Assembly (NCBI GenBank): GCA_023398495.1
Contig: JAEWSG010000225.1
Coordinates: 79,316 to 143,315, forward strand
Direction of reading: 5' to 3'
DNA from: Bacillota bacterium
Lineage (GTDB): Bacteria > Bacillota > Clostridia > Acetivibrionales > Acetivibrionaceae
DNA length: 64,000 nucleotides
This document shows positions 58,616 to 64,000 of the stretch, in pieces. Made by a program: the position numbers and the translations under genes. The notes under the pieces are model-generated. The model searched no databases. It had not been told where the DNA came from and was given only the letters and a program-made list of their open reading frames with translations. The number at the start of each line of letters is the position of its first letter. Within the stretch, counting starts at the first letter, position 1.

Positions 58616-58864
58616 TTTACATCAATCCTTATTTGTTAAAATTTTAAATTCTGATTAATGTCCACTATTAGTAGCATAAATATGGTTAAAATACATAAAA
58701 TGCCATACATATTCTATATAAAAATAACACGTATGTAAATATATTTTTTAAAAAACAAAGATAAATTATAAAAAAACTTTATAAATTGCACTTTTAATAT
58801 TATAATTTATATTATCGCGTTCAATATGATATGTTTTATTTACAAGTTTTTATGGAGGTGTTTT

Positions 58865-59593
58865 ATGTCAGGGCATTCAAAATGGGCTAATATAAAACGT
58901 AAGAAGGAAAAAACCGATTCCCAGAGAGGTAAAATATTTACCAAACTTGGCAGGGAAATTACCATTATTGTAAGAGAGGGAGGACCGGAACCCGAGGCCA
59001 ATTCCAAATTGAAGGATGTTATTGCCAAAGCAAAGGCTGCAAATATGCCTAATGAGAATATTATGAGATGTATTAAAAAAGCTGCCGGGGAAGTGGATAG
59101 TGCAAATTATGAAGAGATAATTTATGAAGGTTATGGACCAGGTGGTGTGGCAGTTATAGTTGAAGCAATGACCGATAACAGAAATCGTACAGCAGGAGAT
59201 GTAAGGCATTATTTTGACAAGTTCGGGGGTAACTTAGGTACAACCGGATGTGTGTCCTTCATGTTTGACCAAAAAGGTGTAATCCTTATAGAAAAGGATG
59301 GTAAAATCAAAGAAGATGACCTTATGATGGAGGCCTTAGAAGTTGGAGCAGAGGACTTTACAGCAGAGGAGGATGTTTACGAGATTACAACCTCTCCCGA
59401 GGATTTCTCTTTGGTTCGTGAAGCCTTAGAGAAGAAGGGATATGACTTTGTTGAGGCAGATATTGAGATGGTACCTCAAACCATGACAAAGCTCACCGAC
59501 CCTAAACAGATTGAGCTTATGGATAAGCTAATTGAGCATCTTGAGGACTTGGATGATGTGCAGAATGTTTACCACAATTGGGAAGAGGAGTAA
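58865..59593 (+). CDS. yebC: YebC/PmpR-family transcriptional regulator
   Basis: '[14 protein letters not shown]' canonical N-terminus. The ORF-track start at 58826 is upstream of the true ATG. Confidence 0.9.
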   Translation: MSGHSKWANIKRKKEKTDSQRGKIFTKLGREITIIVREGGPEPEANSKLKDVIAKAKAANMPNENIMRCIKKAAGEVDSANYEEIIYEGYGPGGVAVIVEAMTDNRNRTAGDVRHYFDKFGGNLGTTGCVSFMFDQKGVILIEKDGKIKEDDLMMEALEVGAEDFTAEEDVYEITTSPEDFSLVREALEKKGYDFVEADIEMVPQTMTKLTDPKQIELMDKLIEHLEDLDDVQNVYHNWEEE

Positions 59594-59782
59594 AGACAAT
59601 GATGGTAAGGGTTTGGAGGATTTTAAGGGATTGAATGATGATGTATTCGGCATAATATATTATGGGTTAAGTTATATATCATAAATTCATGTTCCGGGAG
59701 CTGAATAATCCATTTGTATACCGTAATTTCACCTTCTTTATGTATTTGTTTATCGAAATAATACATATAGGAAGGTGTTTTT

Positions 59783-59947
59783 ATGTTGTTAGGGGATGTA
59801 TTAAAGGAGTTTGTTTTTGAATGTGAAATAAGGAGACTATCAAAACTTACAATAGAGATCTACAGGAATAATGGCACATTGTTCTTAATTAATGCAACCA
59901 CGAACACATGTTCATGTTCGTTTATTAGCTTTGCTTTAGAATTCTAA
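59783..59947 (+). pseudogene. Remnant of the N-terminal (SAM-like) domain of a tyrosine recombinase/phage integrase (54 aa, truncated)
   Basis: 'LKEFVFECEIRRLSKLTIEIYRNN' resembles the N-terminus of XerD/phage integrases. AGGAAGGTG RBS. Premature stop. Contains a Cheo-like box CGAACACATGTTCA at 59901-59914. Confidence 0.35.
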
Positions 59948-60496
59948 GGTGTTTTGTTGCAAGGCTAATAAATTAACAGTTTTGCAGTCGATGGTAATAT
60001 TTAAACTTATATGATATAAAATGGTTGCTTATATAAAAATTTAATGCCAAAATATCAATGGGTTTTTGATATAACACACTACTAAATTTGTTTAAGCCTA
60101 AAGAATGTAATAAATGATTTGGGATTACATTATATTACCACTATATGAATTGGTGAGTATTACTCATTGTATTTATCTTGGGGGTATTTATAAAGGAGAT
60201 TAGTATATAGTATAGCCTCGAAAGTAACGGGAAATTAGACTGAAAATAAAAATTCAGGATTAATTCATAAGAAAATAGGCAAAAAAACAAAAAAACATAA
60301 TGAACATGATAAAAGTATATTGTTAAGATATGCGATAGAGTAAATAAAAAATGCCATAGTAAATAAGCTTTGACCGGAGGCTCTAAAAAATTAGTTATAG
60401 TTAAGATGCTTGCTCAAGGAGTGTGGAAAATATACCTATACAATTCCAATTTTAGGGTGATTCTGATTTGTCAAGGTAGTTTAATACCATTAGCGG

Positions 60497-60524
60497 TATA
60501 TAATATATAATATATAATATATAA
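60497..60524. repeat. Tandem (TATATAA)x4 microsatellite
   Basis: Read directly. Confidence 0.7.
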
Positions 60525-60711
60525 TGCTATATACCATCGGAAAATTTGATGATAAATTTTGCTGATTTGCAGGGGTGAAACAAAAAAGATGAGTTCCAAG
60601 AATCAGATAAATAAAGTCCCGGGAGTTTCCGAGAGCATACAGATTAAACAAAGGAGGGTAGACTTATCGTTTTTTATTACAACCAATAACATTAAAAATG
60701 GGAGGAATATT

Positions 60712-61968
60712 ATGAAAAAGAGATTTTTAAGAAAATTTACAAGCATTCTTTTAGCAATAACATGTGCTTTTGCACTGTGTATTAATTCTAGTGCAGCAGA
60801 CGATTCTACCGATAGTTCAAAAATTACAAAGAATGAAGCGATTAAAGCTGCGTTGTATCACGTTGTATTATTACAGAAAGCAGACCCAGATTCATCGTGG
60901 AAAGGTAAAAAAGTTAAAGCTTCAGAGATTGTTGAAGTATATGATGCAACTGATGAATTACATAGCTATATTATAAATCTAACAATAGATAATGAACCAG
61001 CTGGATTTGTTGAAATAGGCAATAATTCTGAGGACTTTCCAGTATTGAGCTATTCCTTTGAGTTTTCTCGTATGAATAGTGTAGATGTGAATAATTTCTT
61101 TACAAAGTCAAAAAATAAAAACAAAGATAAAAAAGTAAAGTCCAAAAAAGTAGTCATTATTGGTCCTGGAAATTTTGGATTAAAGGTTGATTATGATGAT
61201 AATTCTGCTGATATAGTATCTATTGATGGAATAACTAATATAAGTGATGTTGATAACAAAAAGAAGGAAAAAGTTGCCAAACAAAAAAATTCTGATAGTA
61301 AAGTAATTTGGGGGAAGATTAAAAAAATACCCTGTGGAGAAATTGGTACTACAACTGATGGGGTGACAGACAGTTTAGCTTTCGAAAGCGGTTATACTGG
61401 GCGTATTTATGGCCTAGTTAGTGGAGTAGCCGATTTGAACCAATGTTATAGTACCAAGTGGACTGGTCCTTCAGGATGTTCACCCACATCGGCCTATAAT
61501 GTATTTTATTATTGGAAATTCACAAAAGGCAAAGAATATCTAATCGACACTCGTGATGATACATTGTTAGCATTACGTACTGCAATGGGTACTTATTTTA
61601 ACAATGTAGGTAGTGCAACTCTAGTAGAAAATATTGGCCCTGGAATGGTGACTGTTGCAAAAAATCGTGGATATTCAACGGCAACGCAGTCAGCTCATAA
61701 TAATCCATCTTGGAGTACAATAAAGAATGATATTGTTGGTCCTTCTGTTATTACATTCTGGAATCAAACATATTATTGTCCTGATGGTGCACATTCTGTT
61801 ACAGGAGTAGGGAATATTGAATTTTTCTACAATAATTCAATCTCCAGTGCAGGACACCAATATTTGATTATTCATGACAATTGGAATTCTAATTTTACTC
61901 CAACTAACGTTTATTTAGCATTTGGCAGAAACTATGATAGGATACATTCGATTAAATTTGGAATATAA
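60712..61968 (+). CDS. Secreted hypothetical protein with an N-terminal propeptide-like domain and a Cys…His region; possibly a papain-fold cysteine peptidase
   Basis: Signal peptide 'MKKRFLRKFTSILLAITCAFALCINSSAA'. 'GPSGCSPTSAYNVFYYW' and 'AHSVTGVG'. GGAGGAAT RBS at 60699. The ORF-track start at 60559 is unlikely. Confidence 0.5.
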   Translation: MKKRFLRKFTSILLAITCAFALCINSSAADDSTDSSKITKNEAIKAALYHVVLLQKADPDSSWKGKKVKASEIVEVYDATDELHSYIINLTIDNEPAGFVEIGNNSEDFPVLSYSFEFSRMNSVDVNNFFTKSKNKNKDKKVKSKKVVIIGPGNFGLKVDYDDNSADIVSIDGITNISDVDNKKKEKVAKQKNSDSKVIWGKIKKIPCGEIGTTTDGVTDSLAFESGYTGRIYGLVSGVADLNQCYSTKWTGPSGCSPTSAYNVFYYWKFTKGKEYLIDTRDDTLLALRTAMGTYFNNVGSATLVENIGPGMVTVAKNRGYSTATQSAHNNPSWSTIKNDIVGPSVITFWNQTYYCPDGAHSVTGVGNIEFFYNNSISSAGHQYLIIHDNWNSNFTPTNVYLAFGRNYDRIHSIKFGI

Positions 61969-62049
61969 GCCGATATTTGACTTGTTTATGTATGACAAAA
62001 TGAAAGAATTCAAAATCAAACATAACATACGTAAAGGAATGAGATTGGT

Positions 62050-62493
62050 ATGAAAAAATTGAAAGCTTTAATAATCCTTTTGTGTTTTTGTCTTTTGATA
62101 TCCGGTTGTTCAGAGGATATTGTTGTTGACAAATTATACATTCCGGAAGGGTATAAGGACAAGTTGGAGACGATGAAAATGACGGAGATTGCTCCAATGC
62201 CGTATTTTAAAAGTCCTTTTATTACTATTACTAAAGATTTTGAAGGAAAACAGTATGCAGTTATATTTCGTGAGAACGAGGAAATAGAAAAGGTAATTTT
62301 ACCAAAAACTTATGAGAGTATCGTAGATATTTTCGAAACAAAAGGTTGTAAGATTGAAAAATATGCACAAGAATTTTCTAATTTACAAATGTTTGAAAAT
62401 AATAATAAATTATACTGGTATTTTTCAGACGAGGAAAAGGAAATTCACTTAAATTTGCAAGGCGAAGAAGAAGACCCATTTGACAAGAAATAG
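62050..62493 (+). CDS. Lipoprotein, hypothetical
   Basis: Lipobox 'LISGC'. Confidence 0.55.
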   Translation: MKKLKALIILLCFCLLISGCSEDIVVDKLYIPEGYKDKLETMKMTEIAPMPYFKSPFITITKDFEGKQYAVIFRENEEIEKVILPKTYESIVDIFETKGCKIEKYAQEFSNLQMFENNNKLYWYFSDEEKEIHLNLQGEEEDPFDKK

Positions 62494-62573
62494 GTATAAG
62501 TAAAGAATATAACTTTTGGATTGCAATACTACTTTCTATAGCTTTGCAAAAAGATGAGAAGAGCTAAAGAACT

Positions 62574-62786
62574 TTATTGAAAGTTCTTTAGCTCTTCTTC
62601 TGTCAGGACACTTACAAAAAGTTTTGGCAAATCATTTTCGTTTGAGCACCCTTGAGCATAGTACCAGTCAAATACTTTTTTCTCAATTTCCTGATGAGTT
62701 CCTTCAATGGTGTTTGGATATACAGCCACCAGTTTGTTGGTTACTTTATCCTTTAATCCTACATGTATTGGACGATTATCTCTCAT
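62574..62786 (-). CDS. Hypothetical 70-aa protein
   Basis: ORF with an AAAGGTAG RBS. Its 3' end overlaps a palindromic hairpin at 62557-62600. Confidence 0.35.
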   Translation of the reverse strand: MRDNRPIHVGLKDKVTNKLVAVYPNTIEGTHQEIEKKVFDWYYAQGCSNENDLPKLFVSVLTEEELKNFQ

Positions 62787-62817
62787 TTTAAAATCTACCT
62801 TTCATAATTTTTAGGAA

Positions 62818-62852
62818 AAAGGGCTGTTAAAAAAACAACCCTTTTTTCTGTT
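62818..62852 (-). terminator. Rho-independent terminator of the SASP gene (minus strand)
   Basis: AAGGGCTGTT…AACAACCCTT followed by a T-run on the minus strand. Confidence 0.5.
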
Positions 62853-62865
62853 ATTCTATCTGCAA

Positions 62866-63051
62866 TTATTTGTTTGTATAGTTATTGCCAGTATAGGATT
62901 CGAAAACCTTTTTAACAATGTTTCCGCCGATTCTACCTGCATCCCTTGATGCAAGGTCACCATTGTATCCTTGTTTTAAGTTAACACCGATTTCAGAAGC
63001 TACTTCATATTTCATCTTATCAAATTTAGTTTTGCTGTTATTGTTAGCCAT
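62866..63051 (-). CDS. Alpha/beta-type small acid-soluble spore protein
   Basis: 'KYEVASEIGVNL…GDLASRDAGRIGGNIVKK' SASP signature. GGAGG RBS before 'MANNNSK'. Confidence 0.8.
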   Translation of the reverse strand: MANNNSKTKFDKMKYEVASEIGVNLKQGYNGDLASRDAGRIGGNIVKKVFESYTGNNYTNK

Positions 63052-63249
63052 ATTTATAGCCTCCTTTAATTTTTTGTTCACTACCAATGTGATAGTGTAC
63101 TATTATAATGTGCAGTAATCGTTTTTTTATGAGGGGAAATTGATGTCAAAGGATGTCCAAATTTCCTTGTTACACTTCACAAAATAAAGGGTAAGAATAA
63201 CCATAACAACAAGAAAAGATAACTTTCTTAAGATATAGGAGGGATTAAG

Positions 63250-63402
63250 ATGAAATTGAGATCTGAAAAGGTGAAGCTTACTGAAAAGGACAAACTGGTT
63301 CTGTTAAAGCATATTAATGTATGTACTGATATTGGAGGATATGGGTGCAGTATCATGAAAGCTAAAGAAGTAAATTTTAAACTTAATATGGCGTTAAATT
63401 AA
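63250..63402 (+). CDS. Small hypothetical protein (50 aa). Below the ORF-track cutoff
   Basis: TAGGAGGG RBS 7 nt upstream of the ATG. Confidence 0.3.
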   Translation: MKLRSEKVKLTEKDKLVLLKHINVCTDIGGYGCSIMKAKEVNFKLNMALN

Positions 63403-63470
63403 CAGTAAAATCTTAAATTTTTAAACTAAAGGTGTCTATTATTATTAATAATAGACACCTTTTATGTTGC

Positions 63471-63692
63471 TTATGCCTTGTCTCTTACAGTAGGTGCTTC
63501 TCTGAAGAGTAAACTTATGCTGTATAAGCCTGCAAGGCCTACTATAGAATAAATTGTTCTCGCTAAAAATGTTGTTGAACCACCAAATAAATCTGCTACC
63601 AGATCATATTGGAAAAGTCCCACTAATAGCCAGTTCAATGCTCCAATCACTACAAGAACCAGAGCAAGTCTATCCAAAGGTGTTCTATTCAT
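63471..63692 (-). CDS. DUF378-like small membrane protein
   Basis: Two TM helices with 'ALNWLLVGLF' pattern. Confidence 0.55.
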   Translation of the reverse strand: MNRTPLDRLALVLVVIGALNWLLVGLFQYDLVADLFGGSTTFLARTIYSIVGLAGLYSISLLFREAPTVRDKA

Positions 63693-63842
63693 AGTTATAA
63701 CTTCCTTTCTTATTTTTTATATGTGTAGTATTTCCGATAATTTTTTTATTAATGTATAGAAAATTATGTGCTATTTACTATTAGAAACAAATTTGGTAAG
63801 ATTATTCCGAGTATTAAATTCAAATTTATTGGAGGAATTGAT

Positions 63843-64000
63843 ATGGCTGGTTTTTGGGACAATGAGGAGTTAATTGGAAAAATTGAAAAAAATAATCGTG
63901 AAGAAATACAGGTCAAAAAGGTTGAAAAAAAAGGTAAACAATATATAGATATACGTGTTTTTTGGTCAGACGGTGAGAGCGATGAGTTTAAGCCAAGTCA
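63843..64000 (+). CDS. Hypothetical protein, 5' part only (possibly PC4/YdbC-like)
   Basis: ORF runs off the window edge. 'QYIDIRVFWSDGE' resembles the bacterial PC4-like fold. Confidence 0.35.
   Translation, partial: MAGFWDNEELIGKIEKNNREEIQVKKVEKKGKQYIDIRVFWSDGESDEFKPS

Noticed and set aside
1-64000. CRISPR arrays, tRNA/rRNA genes, transposase or intact IS elements, toxin-antitoxin pairs, restriction-modification genes
   Set aside because: No direct-repeat/spacer arrays, no tRNA-like TψC/acceptor patterns, no transposase-like ORFs. The only mobile-element trace is the integrase remnant at 59783-59947.

Overview
This is a low-GC (~35%) Firmicutes chromosomal window. By inference it comes from a cellulolytic, spore-forming clostridium of the Acetivibrio/'Clostridium thermocellum' group. 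The evidence is two type-I dockerin enzymes (GH53 and GH48) and a SigI/RsgI pair whose anti-sigma factor carries a C-terminal CBM3, placed directly upstream of the GH48 gene as in the C. thermocellum sigI1-rsgI1-cel48S locus.

The backbone is syntenic with the Bacillus subtilis origin-proximal region: yaaO-like decarboxylase, tmk, yaaR, holB, yaaT, a 2x[4Fe-4S] ferredoxin, yabB-like methyltransferase, rsmI and abrB, then spmA/spmB, metG, tatD, yabE and ksgA.

Accessory material is inserted into that backbone:
- a FloT-type NfeD-flotillin pair followed by a Bax-inhibitor-1 family protein;
- a GH53-dockerin gene;
- a three-gene PBP-like/VWA/coiled-coil membrane cluster;
- a second, tightly spaced operon of a YqiJ-like NfeD, a YqiK-like flotillin and a 1677-aa protein with a classical AAA+ module near its C-terminus, with a divergent PspC-domain gene upstream. 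I consider this operon the best candidate for an undescribed system.

The right half carries housekeeping and sporulation genes: zapA, a U32 peptidase, dut, Mug-family glycosylase, HflX with an N-terminal JAMM-motif extension, signal peptidase, yigZ, an orphan histidine kinase, yebC and an alpha/beta-type SASP. It also contains a Cheo-type LexA box on a sigmaA-like promoter, an integrase remnant, and spore-wall-type proteins with copper-amine-oxidase N-terminal repeats plus GH18.

The most unusual sequence-level signal is a superfamily of about 100-nt structured intergenic elements, five copies in two sub-families. All have GATAAC(G)…(C)GTTATC stems and a GAAAAAAC/GTTTTTTC arm, preceded by a TCTAAAA motif. 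Between copies the stems show compensatory changes. Copies sit either immediately after gene terminators or in 5' leaders 25-120 nt upstream of start codons.

No rRNA, tRNA or CRISPR array was seen. Every call is read by eye from the sequence; no database search was run.
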